Positions 12,961 through 27,420 are shown, counted from the stretch's first letter. The stretch: DNA of 64,000 bases from Lama guanicoe (GCA_013239625.1 MU053934.1:11261003-11325002), one strand, 5' to 3'. The notes: generated by a model not told the origin, from the sequence alone. Program-made: numbers and translations.

Positions 12961-15900
12961 GCCCCTCCGAGGCCATGACCCTGCCCGCCCCTTGCGTCCT
13001 GCCATCCACAGAGATGCACGTTGAGACGGGAAAGAGGGTTTTCAGTCAGCACCTTGGCCTGGGCCCTGCCGCCCTGGAACCCACAAAGGCAGGCAGCTGG
13101 GGGCTGGGCTGCTCTGGACTTCCTGGGCCTCCGCGGCCGGGCCCTCCCAAGGCAGGGTTGTCGGGGCAGGACTGTCGGCGCCACTTCCCCGTCTCCCGCC
13201 CTGCAGTGGGCTTGTGGCGGGCAGCTGAGGGGCTGGGAGAGGCGGCTTCCAGGCACCCTGGGGGTGGTGAAACCGCCTTCGTCCACGGGCCCCTCAGGGC
13301 GGGCGGGGCCGGGAGCTGCCCTGCGCCCTGCGCCCTGTGGTGCTGCTGGTGAGGTCACCCTGGAGCCCTAGGACAACCCAGGAAGGAGAGCTCCTCGTGC
13401 CAGCCGGGCCCGCAGGTGCCCCTCCCGGAAGAGGAGACACTCGTGAGTGACCAGGCTGCTGACACCCTGCTGGGCACAGGCCCGTGGACCCTGACCCTGC
13501 GACTCCTCTGGGCTCCGGGTGTCCGGGGAGCCCCAGGGCATCACACCTGCTGTGCGGGGAGTGGGGCCTGGACGGGCCCCAGGCCTGGAGCTGACTCACC
13601 CGAGGTGGGGTCGGGGGCCGGAGCCAGGGAGGCCGAGCCTCGGAGCCTCGGTCTGCCCTTTGCTGCTGACACAGCAAGTGCCAGATTCTCTAACGGGCTC
13701 AGCGGGCAGAACGTGCCAGGCTCTTTCTCGCTGAGGGAGGCGGTCACCCCTCTGTGCCCAGTGCCCCCCCAGGCCCCGGCTCTGACCAGCAGTGAGACCC
13801 TGGGAGGGGTGGGCTGGGCCCTGCGCGAGCAGCTGCCAGGTTTCCTGGCCTCTCTGGCGAGGGCCAGCGCCACCTGGGTCCCCAGCCTGCAGTGGACACC
13901 CCGTCCCTGGTTGCAGAGTGGTGCTGGCCTGCCTTTTATCGACCTTTGCAAAGTCGTAAACTGCAGCGTAATTACCCGTGTCTGCGATGCTGTGCCAACA
14001 GCGTTCCGGTCCAGCTCAGCCCGGGCCGGGGCCACCGGGACCCGCCAGCCGCGCTCGCCTCATCAACAGACACATTCGTGAGGATAATTGACAGGGAGCC
14101 AGCTGGACAGCCAGGGCTTCATCGCGGACGTCTCAGGGCAGAGCTCGCTGCCTCGAGGAGACCAGTGAAAGCGATCTGTCCCTTTACTGTCCCTGCGCTC
14201 ACGCCTGTGCGTCAGCCGGGAGCTGGGCCCCGGGCCAGCGCCGCATCCTGGCTGAACCTCTGCCGGGAACCAGCGCCCGGGCAGGGGCAGAAAGTGCAGC
14301 CTGCTGGGGGGCGGGTTGATGTCTCGGCTCCTTTGGATCTTCTACCTGAAACCAGGCATCCAGGCCTGAGGCCCAGCCTGGTTGGAGCCCCGACCTCCCC
14401 CTGACAGACCCGGGGGCCGCAGGGCCGCTGCGGGAAGGGCTGGGGAGGACAGGGGCCCTGTGGTGTCTCCTGGGTTTGGAGCACACCCCAGGGTCCGGGG
14501 CTCACCTTCAGAGCCCAGCCACCCCGCTCCGCTCCCCCAGACGGCTCCCGGAGCCTCGGCCGCTCCTGAAGGTCGGGTGAGCCCAGCCGCTGGACGAGGC
14601 CTGAGGTCCTGGCCCCTCCACCAGCCACGCCGGGCGGCAGGCCAGCCGCCTCGGGTTCCTGGCGGGAGCTGCAGCCCCACAGGCGCGGTTCCCGCGAGGC
14701 ACCCTGTCCTGACGTGCGTCCTCCTGCGGGCAGGGCTGCCTCCACGCCCTCCCTGCATTTCCAGAAGGGAGCCGGCCTGGAGAGACCTCCTAGGTGGGAG
14801 GTAGCCCTCCCGGGCCCAGACGTGGGGTCCCTGTCCCTCCAACGCCCAGGCTTGAGGTCCCAGCAGAACCCAGAGAGGGGGCCATGCGGCTGTGTTGGTG
14901 CCCTTCTGTCCCTGCGCTTGCCACCTGGCCGTCTCCCTGTGACCACGTCGGGGCCCCGGGCCATGCGGTCAGACCACGTCCCGCAGATCACAGCCCTGAC
15001 AGCCTCGGGCCTCACCACCCAGCTCCAGGAAGCAGCGCTCACAGCACGGCAGGTGCACCGCCTGCTGTGCGGGGACGCAGGCAACAGCCCCTCTGCTGGG
15101 ACCCGAGCCTCTTTCCTGCTCTCGCCTTGAGAGGCCCCGGTGTGTGGCCGAGACATCCCAGAGCTTGTCTGCTGTGACGTGTGGAAGGACAGCAGCCGGT
15201 CCCCCCAGTGCGGGGCCTGAGTTCTCTCCAAGGAGCAGACACACGTCCTGCCCCGCAGGGCGGGGGGGCTTCAGGGCCGGCCAGCCACGCTGCCCAGGGC
15301 GGGGCCTGGGACAGTCTCTTAACCCAAACCATCTTATCACCGGTGATTGACATTCAGCGTGAAGCCTGCGTCCTCTGGTCCCTGCCACAGCCGTGTCTTC
15401 TGAGAGGTCATCCCTCGCCCTCGGGGTCCGAGCGGCCAGGGCACAGGGGCTCCCTCTGAGCCGGAGCCCCCGACGTGGCCCAGCCGTGGTCTGGGAGGGA
15501 GCAGCCTCCTTGAGCTGCAGGCGGCAGGAGGACCAGCCCATTTGTGACCTGTGAGGAGGCTGGGAGATGCTCGGGCCACTCAGCCTCCATCCTCCTCCCA
15601 CCGCCGCCAGCTCTGCCCCAGGCCCGCGCCCCGTGCCTGCCCGCCCAGAGCCACACCTGGAGGCCTTTCCCTTCCGCCCTGCGAGCCGGCCCGGCCCGCC
15701 CCGGCCAGCCTCAGTGGCCCTTGGGTGTCAGGCCTGGGGCCACCAGCCAGGACATGTGTGCTGCAGCGGCCGTAGGAGGGAACCGCGCTCTTACCAGTTC
15801 AGCACAACACAACACAAACGTCTCCCCCTGCCGTTCTGCAGGGCACAGTGGAGATGGGCCCCTCTGAGCCGAGATCAAGGTGGAGGCAGGGGGCAGTCCA

Positions 15901-18900
15901 GGCTGATTGTCCCCTCCTGACGGAGAGGTCCCAAGGCCGCCCGGGTGGAGCGGCTCGGCCCTGCCCTGTAGTCCTCACTCCTCTCTGAGGTCCGGGATGT
16001 GCTGACATGGGGAGGGGCAGAGTGGCCACCAGCCTTCTCGCTGGCCCCCTCGTCCCCTCCCAGTGAGAGGGAGGGGACTGAAAGGTGGGGTGATCCAGCG
16101 CACCCCACCGAGTGTCCTGTGGAAGGGGGCCCGTGGGTGCGAGTGGGGAGGGGCCCCGTGGACCTGACGGTGAGTAGGCGGGGCCACAGCCCAGGGGGCA
16201 GGCACCAGGGGAGGCGGAGGCCAGGGCCAGGGGAGGCAGGTGATGCGGGCAGGTGGCAGGCAGCTCTGTCCCCGTCCAGCCTTCTCCCAGGCAGAGCACA
16301 GCCCCGCAGGGTCACGCACAACCTCGGACTGCTCTGCTCACTGCAAGCTGGCCTGGCCCATCTCTAATAACCGTCCCCTCCGCAGACTGAGGGCCCAGCG
16401 CCCGCCGCAAGCAGCCGCACGGCCGCGGGAGGCCTCTGGCCTCCCAGGAGTCGCTGCAAAGGGCGCGCCGAGGCCCTCAGGGGCTCCTGAGTCTCTGTCT
16501 TGAAGCCGGGTTGGCAGCTGCCTCTGAAACCTCACATCTCAAGGACAAGCACCCCGCCTCCGGGCCCGCCCTGTCCTCCGCGGATTGATGGCAGCGGCAG
16601 TGACAGCAGGGGGAGGTCCCCGCCAGCCACGTGGTGGCTTCCGCTCAGGCCGCCTGGCGCGTCTGCAGCCCAGCGCGGTCCTGCCGCGGGCCCCCCGGCG
16701 GCAGGTGCAGCCTCTGTGAGCCTGGGCCTGGGGCAGGGGGAGCGGCCCGGCCGAGGGCGCAGACGCGGGTTTGGGTGCAAGGGCGCCACGGGGCCACTGA
16801 GGGAACTTGGCTGGAGAGGCCTTGATGCCCGAGCCAGGGGCCCCTGGAGGCCCACACCATGGCCGCCATCACAGCCATTACTCTTCGCCTTCCATTGCGG
16901 CCCCTCCACCTGGTCTTTCCCGGGTTAAAGAGCCCAGCCTCAGGGAGCCCGTGAGCGGCGCCTCGAAGGGCCTGCTGGGCTGGCGTCTCTGCAGAGGCCT
17001 CCGTCTGGGCTGGTGCACAGTGGGGCTCTCTCCTCCCTCCCCCTGCTTCCTGGGGCCCTCCCTGTGTGTGCAGCCGTGCAGGTGGCTGCAGGCCAGGCCA
17101 GGCAGTGGGCGGGGTCCTCTCATCCATGGTCCCGCTGGCAGAAGGTTCCAGGGAGTGCCCGGCCATGGGAGGGGGCTGCCCCCTGCTCCTCTTGTCCCAG
17201 CTCAGCTGGCTTCGGGGATTGGATAGGATGCCCGGGTTGGGGGGGACGCCGGTGATGGGGCAGGAGCAGCCTGAGAGCGGGTCAGCTGGATTCTGGGAGA
17301 GTCCCAAGGGAAGATCTTTGACTTTGCTGGAAGAGCCACGGTGCTACTTCACAGTCATGTTAGAGGGGACAGCAGGAGGGGTGGGCCAGCTTCCAGAGCA
17401 GGGCGAGAAGCGGGGAGAAGGCAGGTGCCTCGCTCTGGGCCTGAGGATAGTCTGTCTGCAGATGTCACCTTCCCCCAGTTACCCCAAGTTCAGCCCTTCC
17501 CGGCCCTCCCTGGCAGGTCCCCCGTGAAGCACAGCCAGGCAGGGTCGCCGTGGGGGCGCCAGCTGCCTGGTTTCCCAGGACTGCAGGGCTCTCTGCGAGA
17601 ACCGGGAAGTCCAGGCAAACGGGGGCAAATCCAGGCTCCATCCACATTCCAGCCCCCAGTCCCATCCGTCTCTCCCACCCACGAGCTGTGGGGTAGGGGG
17701 CCGGCCAGGTTAAAGGGCAAGTTGACACCCCATGTCGTCACAGCCAGTGGCATGCGGGGCCCAGCACGGCTGGCTCTTGGTCTCCCTTGTGTCCGGGCCC
17801 TTTCCTGCTCAGGCACTACCTGGGCTGGGATCTGACCGCTGACCCCCAGCGTGGCCCTTGTCCCTGTGGGCCTCCAGGTCCTCTCCTCCGGGGAGGGGCT
17901 GGGCCTGGAGCTCCCAGACCGAATCCTACGGCCCAAATGGTCAGGGCCGGCCCCACAGCTGGGTGGGCCAGGCCATGGCCTCCTCGAGGCCTGAGCCACA
18001 GGGCAGCCTGCGCTGGTTGCCTGTGTGAGGCCACAGGAGGGGCCCCTCTGTGAGATGCCAGCTTCACTTAATTTCTTTATCCCCCAGCGCCCCCACGCAC
18101 AGAGCACCCCTGGCCGGTCCCCACACCCTCCCACGGGGAGTGGACTTGGTGATCGGCCCCGCATGTGTGATGGGCGCTGATGAGGCTGACCTGCCACCCA
18201 GGCTGCGGTGCCGGGGCCTCCCAGCACACTCGCTGTCAGTGTCACCCAGACGCCACGGCTGGGGTACCCCACCTGACCTTCAGCGTCCTCGTCTGTGTGT
18301 TTTAATTCTTGTGCTACTGTCTGCGTGATTAGGAGTGAAACTGAACATCGGTCGCTTAATCTGGGTGTCCGGCATCCAGACGAGTATTTGCAGGATTTAG
18401 TTTCAGTCTGGAAGTGGCAGCTCACATCCTGCTGAAGTGGGGGCGCCAGCACCCCCGGGCAGGAGATGGAGGGCCTGTAGGTGTGTGCTGTGGGGGCCAC
18501 ACTGCGGTGGGTTCCGGCCAGAGCTGTCTTCCCAGGACAACAGGAGAAGGGTGCGTGGGGCAAGGTCAGGACACCCCCGTGTATGGCACAGCCTGGCTCG
18601 GGGTGGGGGGCCGTGGCACCCATCCCCAATGTGAGGGATGTGGTTACTGTCCACCTGGAGTCCCGTGGGCGGCCCTGAGGTGCGTGGCTGGTGGCCACAG
18701 GCGAGTGGAGGGAGCTCTTTGCAAACAGGAGCTGCAGGTGCAGTTGGAGCCGATGTGGAGCGTCCAGGGTCCCCCAGCGTCTTCTCTCAACCTCCTTCTA
18801 AGCAGGTGGGAGCGGGGGTCCAATCACCGTGTCCTGAGCGGGCATGGGGCACGTGCCCCCGTGTGTACTGACAGCCGAGGCGCAGGGCCGGGCGTGGGGC

Positions 18901-21900
18901 GTCTCCCAGGCTCCCCCCCACTCTGATGCCTCCAGCTTGGGAGCTGCGCCCGCCACCCTCCCCCCGTCTGCCTCCTTCTCTCCTTGTCTCTTGGCCTCGG
19001 GCCAAACTGGCGGGTGAGTTTCACCCGTAATAAAAACAGTAATAATAGTCATCTCGTAACTGATGCTCTGAGCCTGAGTCAGGGCAGCAAAGTGCCTTTG
19101 CCTGCGCCGGCAGTGGCCTCCCCGCCTCCGTGAGCTCTGCGTTGTCCAGGGCTGTTTCAGGGCTGTGATGACACGCTCCGTGCACCGGAAAGTGAGGTGG
19201 GGGAGTGGCCTGCGCCCCGCCCACCACCGTCCCTGCCTGCTGAGTGGAGTGTCCGTGACCTCCGCAGAGCCGCCCCCGTCCCCAGGCAAGCCCCCCTCCC
19301 TCTTACTGCCAGCGATCTCTCCACCTCTTCTCCTCCCCACTTTGTCAGTAGTGCCTCTTCATCGTGTGACACTTTGAACATGAGCCGAGCGCAGATTCGG
19401 GGACCTCCGTCCTGACGATGCCCGTTGGGGTGACTGTGGGCGGAGCGGGGCTACTGACCCGTGAGCATCCTCAGAGCGCGGTGCGAGGGGCTCCGCGTGC
19501 AGAACTGAATTCCCGCAGCACCGTGGGAGGGAGGGGTGTGTTCTCGGGGCGAGAGAAGCTGTCCCCACGGTGATTCCCGGTGGCCCAGGCCACGCCCCTC
19601 CATGTCCCAGGCAGGTGCCCCGTGTTCCCTGGTCTGTTGCATGGTAACATACAGTCAGCACAGACCCCTAGAAGTCCCCTCACAGGCCGAAGCCTGGTGG
19701 CCCTTCAGGGTCTTGGTGCTGAGCCCCTCCGCTCCACACGGGGCCCACCTGGGCTGGGGCTCCTCTGTCACCGGCGGGGCCGGCAGGACTGGAGATTCTC
19801 CCTGGTCCTCACTGGCCACCTGACCACTTCTGTGAGGAGCCACCTGCCCCAGCCTCTCCAGAGGGAGGAGTTGCCCTGCCCGTCCCTCTTACAGGGGAGG
19901 GGTCTCCCAAGGCCGGGGCACCCCAGGGCCAACCTGAGAGCCCTGCCCGGCAGCCTGGGGGGCGTGAGAGCTGAAGCAGCCAGCTCAGGGCGCGGCAGCC
20001 ACGGTCCCGTCTGGGCAGGCCGGATGTCGCCCGGGGTCGCAGCAGCAGCAGGCTTGCCGGTGGGACCCGTCCCTCGGGGGAGCGGGGTGGGGAGCGGTTT
20101 TGCACCCCGCCTACACCCAGCATCCCAGGGAGCCATGTTAAGGCCAGGCCAGTGGGGAGAGTGACGGGAAGATGGATTAGGTGCCGGACACTGGCTCCAG
20201 ACCTGGGACCCTCCGTGTGCTCTGGACACATGTGGAAGGGCCGTTGAGGCCTTCTCAAGGACAGTGAACACCACCCACCCCGAGAACAAGGGCTGCTGGT
20301 CACTCTGGGGCCGATCCAAGCACATCTACCACGTGGCCCCCCCGGTCCTCCTGGGCGTGGCCCCCTCGCTGGTGTGGCCACACCTGCAGGCCCTGCTGGC
20401 CCCCTCGCTGCCCAGGCCGAGACCAACACTCGTGACTGCTCACGGCCATCCTCTCCGCGGGTCTGTCAGTCATTCTGAGCCTACAGTCTATCATCCACCC
20501 TGTCAGACGTCCGCCCTGTCGGATGTCAGTGTCAGCCAGATTGAACGGCGCCTGGGACAGGGTGGGGCTGCACGGAGACCCAGGGCCTCTCCCGCGCGGG
20601 AGGCCGCCGGGCACTGGCTGCCCAGAGCCGTCCTGTGCTGCCCCGTCTGTGCGGAGCCGCTGGGCCTGGACCGCGCCTGCCTGAAGCCTGCCCCCCGGTG
20701 TGGGACCCGAGCAGTGACCCCTGCGATGAGTTTGCACAACTTCCCTCGGACAACTTCCCAGTCCTCGCGGGCTCAGGGTCTGGGTGGTGGCGCCTTGAGC
20801 TGGGGTCCGAGCTGGGGATGTTGAGGGGCTGGTGTCCGGCGTCCAGCCTGGTCTGACTTGGGAATAAATGAAACAACAAAACTTGACTCTCAGGCCAGAC
20901 GGAGCAGCAGGCGCTGCGCCTGTGAGGACGCGGGCTCCAGCGGCCCCGCCCGCGGCCCGTGGGGTCCCAGGGACCAGGAGGCCCGCAGGGGCGGGACGTG
21001 CATCCGGGCGCTGTCTTCCTCAGGCATTTTCGCAGTGTCCCCTCCCCAGGCCCCGGGTCCCCAGTCTTACCCAACCCGGGCATGTGATGTAACCTCTGGT
21101 TGCTGTTGGTGTAAAATCTGTAGAAACAGGAGTAATGACAGTGCTGGCCTCACAGGCGGCACAGCCCCCTCCGCCCGAGGCTGGTCCAGCCCAGAGTCCA
21201 GCACAGAAGGTGGGGCCAGCACTGGGCTTCTGGCCCCGGGGGCCGTGTAGGTGGTGCCGCCCCTTCCTTCCCCCAGGGCACGTCAGCTGCCTGGTGGAGC
21301 TCCCCGCTGTGGCCAGTGGCTACAGAGAGACCTGGACCTCGGCCCCGCCAGTGGTCCCTGGTGCTGGAGCCTGGAACCCCGCCTCCCACCTCCAGGCCGG
21401 GCCTGAGCCCTGGCCTCCGGGGCCCTGCTCTGATGGACCCAGCAGAGATACCGCTGTTCCCAGGGTGGGTCCCCACCTCCGGCTCAGCGATGAGCAGCGG
21501 GGCAGCCAGGGCAGACGCCTTCCCCTGCGTCCCAGCAGCCACGCCCCAGCCCTGCAGGTCACGGGACGGCTGAACCCCAGGCCGGGCAAGGCTGCCTCCC
21601 ACGTCGATGATCAGGGAGGGGGTGAGAAGTGACGGGCCCGACCTCTCCGGGGTGCATCCTGCTCCCCTGTCCCCAGAGGGCCGCCCTGCAGGCGGTGGGG
21701 CAGTGTCCAGGGGCAGTGCTGCTGGCCCCGTGGAATGGCGTCCCCAGGAGTATTAGGGGAAGCAGTGAGGCCGTAGGACTGGGGCTTTGCGTGACCCAGC
21801 CCCGCACGCCCTGCCCACGGCCACCCTCTGGGGACAGCCGGCAGGAGGGGCTCGTCCCTCAGGGGACGTGACCATTTCCCTCTCTCTGAATTTCTCTCCG

Positions 21901-24764
21901 TGGCGCCTGGTTTTTGTTAATCGACCACGTTGCTGGCTTTCTGCCATGAAAGCCCCTCAAAGTTTTGTTCCTTTCCACCTTCACGGTGGCTGCCCATCCG
22001 CCTCACACCGCTGGGCACATGCGTGTGCACACCCCAGGGCTCCCACCCCGGGTCCTGCCTGTGGGTCCCGGCCCCCGGGGCTGAGCCGGGGCGCAGCCGC
22101 GGGGGGCCCAGCGGCGCCCCCTCCCTGCAGGCGGATGTGGCCGGGCGTGGCTGTGCTGACCGTGGGAGCAGGTGTTGCAGAAGGGGTTGTGATTTCTTGG
22201 TTGTTTTATTTTTGAAGCAGTACTTTTTTTCCTTCTGGTTTTAAAAGTAACGCGAGTGGTTTGTTTAAAAAAAAAAAAAACTTGGGGGAAGACGAGAAGA
22301 ATTGTAAACCCACCATCTGGAGAAAAGGCCGGGCCGGCGTGTTTCGAGGTGGATGGACGGGTCCCTTCTGAAAGCAAGGACAGGTGGAGGTGGGTGTGGG
22401 ATCTGGGGCCTGGAGGGGCTGCCTGCCTCGGTCCTGTCTGGCTCTGCCCGGGGCCCTGGGGTGGCTGAGAGAACCCCAGACCTCAGGGCCCAGACTCTGC
22501 TCTGTGTGGCTCAGGCCGGCCCGGGTTCACCGGCCCCGTCCAGACCGCAGGGGTACCTTGCCCTCCCCCGACCTGGAGCCTCGGCCTGGAGCCACTCAGA
22601 CCCCTGGCTCTGCCTCCTCCTCCCTGAGTGCTGACCCCCCATGTAAGGACAGGGGAGCTGGTGGCTCTCCTAGTGCAGAGGGACGTCTAGCCTGGCCCTG
22701 CTCTTGTCTGGGGGCATCAGGGGGCCAGACACTCTGAGGGGCATTGGCCTCCGTCCCCAGAGCATCCGTCTCCCCAGCTGGAGACAGGGTCACCCCACCT
22801 GGACCCGGACCACCGCCCCGCAGGCGTCTCTCTGAGCAGGAGGGGTGTGTGGTGGGTGTGCATCCGTGTGTGCGTCCATGCATGTGTCTGTGAGACACAG
22901 AGAAAGCAGAGATGAGACAAGAGAAAAGGAGGGTGGGGAGAGGAGAGGGGGAGCCCAGCCTCTAGAAGCTTTCTGGCTGCCTCCCTCCCTCACAGCCCTG
23001 TGTCAACGCTGGGAGGAGGAGGAGCCCGTGTCCAGAGAGAACCTGGAGTGGGGGGAGCCCGGCCCCACCCCAGACCTCCCCTCGCTCCTCCCGGGCCCGG
23101 GTCCCAGCTCCACGCCTAGCGCACCTCTGTCCCACGTGCACTCCGGGCGTTAACCTGCGGTGCGGTGCCATCCCAGGCCTTGGGTCCACCAGTGTCCTCT
23201 CTGCCCAGGGTGTGACATGCAGCACCTGCTGGGGCCGCAGTGGGCCGGCCCTGCTGCCTGAGCTCACCCTCACCTGGGGGTGAAGGGCGGGCATGGTGGG
23301 GCCTGGGGAGGGTCTTCCCAGGGTCCAGGCTTGGCAGCCCAGCGGGACGGCTCACCCACAGGGTCCAGGCTGCCTACAGGCTAGGTGGATGGGGTCAGCC
23401 CTGTGGCCCAGATACCCATCGTCAGGGTGCCGCTGGCCTGGTCAGGGGACACCCGGGGCTGAGATGCCAGGCAGTGAGACCTTCACAACAAGCTAGAAAT
23501 CTGAGCAGCACAGAGAGATGCCTAAGTGCAGGGGGAGGCCTGCCTGGAGCTGGCTCCGAGAGGGGTCCCAGAGCATCACGGGCAGTGTCCGTGAAAGTGG
23601 CTGGTGTGGTCAGCGGGCCCAGGGCCCGCCAGCAGCCTGTCCTCCCGCTGCTGCCCCACCCTTGGATGCAGATCAAGTGAGATACTGTGGGTTCCCTGCC
23701 GGCTGGGTGGGCCTGGGAGCCCCAGGTTGCGGGCAGACGGACAGGAGGGACCAGCCCCTTGAAGGAGAGGTCCGCTGCATCCATGGAGTCCCATGAGTTC
23801 AGAGCAGGTGATCACGTTCTAAGTGCTTTTAGAACCTGGGAACCACCCGCTGTTGAATGCACAGCCCGAGGTCAGCGGTCGGCCCCGGGGCCAGAGCAGG
23901 CGGAGCCAGGTGGAAGCCCAGAGGCTGCTCAGACCAGCTGCGTCTTCTTCTTGAGACAGAGCGTCCTCAGGGTGGGGGGGGGCACCCACTTGATACCTGA
24001 CCCCACGTCCTGCTGTGCGGGCTACGGGAGCACCCAGCCTGTGGTGTGAGAGCGGCCACCAAGTGTCTGAGGACGCCGCCCCTTTGGAGTCCGCCCAGGG
24101 GCCTCGGGTTTCTCTGCGCCTCTATTTTGGGCCCATGTGCTGATGCATTGCCGCCCTACCCCCGTGCCCTTGCCCTTCACCCTGGCCGCTGGCTTCCAGG
24201 AGTCCTGGCCCTGCCCGCCTGGGCGTCAGGGCCTGCTCTTCACCTGCGTTGTCACGGGCGTGGGGTGCCTGCCCTGTGGCAGCGCCGTGCGGCCCAAGGC
24301 GGGGGCGGAGGCAGGCAGGGTGGGCGTGCTTGTCTGTAAGCTCCTCCAGGGCTTGGAGACAGCTCCTGAGACCCAGCTCAGCCGGGGAGGTGGTCACAGA
24401 GCAGGGACTGCGTGAAGGCCTGGGGTGAAGGCCCGGGAGGGGATCCCAGGCTGCGGAAAGCCAACCCAAAACTAGGAATGGACGGGGTGGAGGGTGAGGG
24501 CTGAAGACCCTGGAGGAGGGACGGCCGGGGCAGCCGTGGGGTCGCTGGTGTGGACGGACAGGCGGACAGGGACTGGGCTGGGCAGTCCGGCTGAGTCCCA
24601 GACGTCTTGTCAGCTGGGAATAAATGAGTGAACCAGGGCCACGTGGTCTCCCGAGGGCGCGCAGAGCCGGGCGGGCAGCGCCCGGGGGTCCCAGTGCCGG
24701 CTGCTCCCCGCCGGGCTTTCCCACGCTCTCAGGGGCCGGTTTCCTTCCTCCAGGTCAGCAGCGT

Positions 24765-25132
24765 CCCTGAGGGAGCTGTCCAGGGCCTAACCGCGCTGCC
24801 TGTGAAAGCGGCCTTATTCGGAGATGGGTCTTGGCCGCTGTGGTCACGTTGAGAGGTCACTGGGGGGCCCTGATCCAGTTTGACCAGTGGCCTTGTGAGA
24901 AGTGGGGAGACACTAGAGGAGGCCTTGTGACGACGGAGGCAGAGGTGGGACGGGGGTGGCTGCCAGCGAGAAACGCGGCCAGCGGAGCCCGGGAGGGGCA
25001 GGAGTCCCGCCCACGTCCCCCAGACAGAACCTCGGTTTTAGACCGGCAGCCTCCCGGCCATGGGTGAAAAGTCCTGGGGTTCAGGGCCCCTAGCCTGTGG
25101 TCCCTCTTTATGGCGGCCCCAGGGCACTGACT
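24765..25132 (+). mobile_element. MaLR LTR (MLT1B/C-like)
   Basis: Contains ccttattcggagatgggtctt, ggccctgatccagtttgaccagtggccttgtgagaag, gtgacgacggaggcagaggtggg and tgtggtccctctttatggcggccccagggcactga. Confidence 0.7.
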
Positions 25133-27420
25133 GTCCGAGGATCTGCTCTTGGGCGTGGCCCATGGGGTGGGTCTAGAATCGTGACTCCTGGGGGTCGAGG
25201 TGTCAGGCTGACAGCCACTGCTGGTGGGGCTGCCTGGGTGAGGGGTCCACCGGGTGGAGGGCCCTCTCAGTCCCCTGCAGCGGCCCTGCCCGGCCACCCC
25301 CTTACAGATGAGGGCCCAGGGGTGCGGCGTGCCTGGGGCAGGGCTTCCCGCAGCTGGGGCGCGGAGGCCCGGACGCTGGTCAGTTAATGCAGCAGGTGCA
25401 GCCCCGTGGCTGGCTGGTTGCCTCACTGGTTAGCGGCCAGGGCTCAGGGCCCCAGGAGATGGACCTCTGCCGGACACTGACGTCCGCTAGAGGGGTCTGG
25501 GGCCAGGGCGGGTGGCAGTGAGGGCCGAGGATAGCAGAGCGTCCCCACGTCAACCTGCAGAGCTTGAAGCAGCGGCCGGAAGGAGCGCACGCAGCTGCCT
25601 GACGGCACATGGCGGTCGGACCAGCCCACGGACCTCCGCGTCCCATTGTCCCATAGCCGGCCCGGGCCGCTCAGGCGCCTGGTCGCCCGTAATCACCCTC
25701 TTGTCGCCAGAGGGGCCGCTCAGTGTCCCCGACACTCCCCGCCTGCTGTGTCTGCTTTTCACTCATTTGCTTACACGTCTGTGTAGCTCTGCCCCGTTCT
25801 CAGCGCGGCGTATAATTTTGCGTGTAATTAGCTAGTGTGGGCTGCAGTCTGCAGCGGAAGGCTTCCGGGAGGCTGCGCTGGGGCGCTGGCCCTGGGGCGG
25901 GCTCTGCTCAGTAAGGGGGGGTCCCAGTGGCTGGGGGAGGAGGTGCCCGGGGCCCCCTGCTGCCCCCTATCCTTCCTCCTACACCTGTGTGGTTCCCCTC
26001 GCGTGACGTTCACGACCGGCTCTGAGGCCGGGTTGCGGTACGGTGCGCGGCTCCCTCCAAGCCCTGGGCCGGGCATGCCCAGTACCCACCACAGACACCC
26101 CCATGCCCTTGGGTCGGGTCACGCTCAGACACAGCTTCCCCGGGGTCGAGGCAGTGTGGGCAACTCTGCGCTGATGGAGCCAGGGTGGCAACTCCACGCT
26201 TTTTGTCCAAAGCTGGGGACCTGGATACCATGTAGGTGACAGAAGGGCAGGGCGGTCCTGTGTAGTGAGCTTCCTGGAGGACCCGGGGGGGCTGCCTGGA
26301 GGAGGGGGCCAGAGGGGCCAGCAGCGGTGTGGATGAGGAAGGCCACCCAGGGCTGAAGAAACGGCTGCCGGGAAGCCCGAGGGAGCTGGCTGCTGGCTCT
26401 TCCTCTGCAGGGTGGGCGCTGCCACCCTCCTCCCCTGCACTTGGGGCCCCGCTCCCGTGTGCCCCTCCCGGTCCTTCCCTGGTTCTGAACTGCAGCGTGC
26501 ACCCCAGTCCTGTCTCCTGCCTCCCCCGCGTTGGGGTGGGAGCAGTATGGGGCCGTCTCCCCAAGCCGGATCAGGGAGGGACCCTCAGGGGCCGGGTGCC
26601 GTCTGCTCTCCACACTGTGGTCCCAGGCCCGACGCGGAAGGAGGGCTGCATGCAGTGGGTGCTTACTGTTTGCTGAGGGAATGAAAGTGAGGCCGAGTGA
26701 GCGGGCCCTCCCTCTGTGTGATTCTGCAGAGGGGGCTAGCCGGCCGAGGGGCCGCCCGCGGTCCCCAGGAGCTCCGTGGCACCTGCGCTCACAGCCCGCG
26801 GATGAAGCGGGTGGCTCCAGCCGGGCTCGGGGAGGACCTCCAGCCTCCCTGGGGCAAGTGGCCAGGCTTCCATGTCAGCGCCGTCCGTCTGCTGCTGGGG
26901 CTGCCTCCACCGTCAGTGTCAGGGCTCGGGGCTCCTTGGCGAGGCCGGCTGCGTTTTCCCTCTGCCAGGACGCTGGCCCCGTCGCGCCGCAGAGCAGCGG
27001 GTGCTCTCCCGGGATCTGGGAGACACTTAGGGGATGAGGAAGCCACTGACCTCGGAGTCTTCACTTGCGAATGAAGCCTGCCCAGTCTGCACGCTCGGCC
27101 GGTCCAGAGAGTGACCGAGGCCCGGGGCCTGGACGCCCTCAGTCCTGTGACCCCGGGGGCCGGCATCGGGAGCGGGGCAGTGTCCACGTGGGGCAGCAGG
27201 AGGGAGGGGCCGTCGGGTGCAGCTGAGTGTACATGTCTGCATGGAACACGTGTACGGTGTGAGGGTCTCCGTGTGCCTGCATGTGTGTGTGAGGGTCTCC
27301 ACCTGCATCTGTGCCTCTTGGCCTTGGCGTGTTCACACCTGAGTCCGCCCTGTGAACGTGGGTGAGATGTGCTCCGTGTCCATCTGCCAGGCGCTTGTGT
27401 GTCTGCACCATCTATGTAGC

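Noticed and set aside
13045-13066. Possible REST/NRSE site (TCAGCACCTTGGCCTGGGCC), plus a half-site GGACAGCTCC at 7969
   Set aside because: Only one half matches in each case, with too many mismatches in the other half.
17490-18698. Longest ORF (402 aa, minus strand) and other 250-350 aa ORFs such as 4563-5597, 14212-15231, 27412-28389, 28466-29377 and 31378-32328
   Set aside because: The translations are low-information and P/G/R/A-rich with no recognisable domain. They overlap in many frames and many use non-ATG starts. This is expected from stop-codon scarcity in GC-rich intronic DNA.
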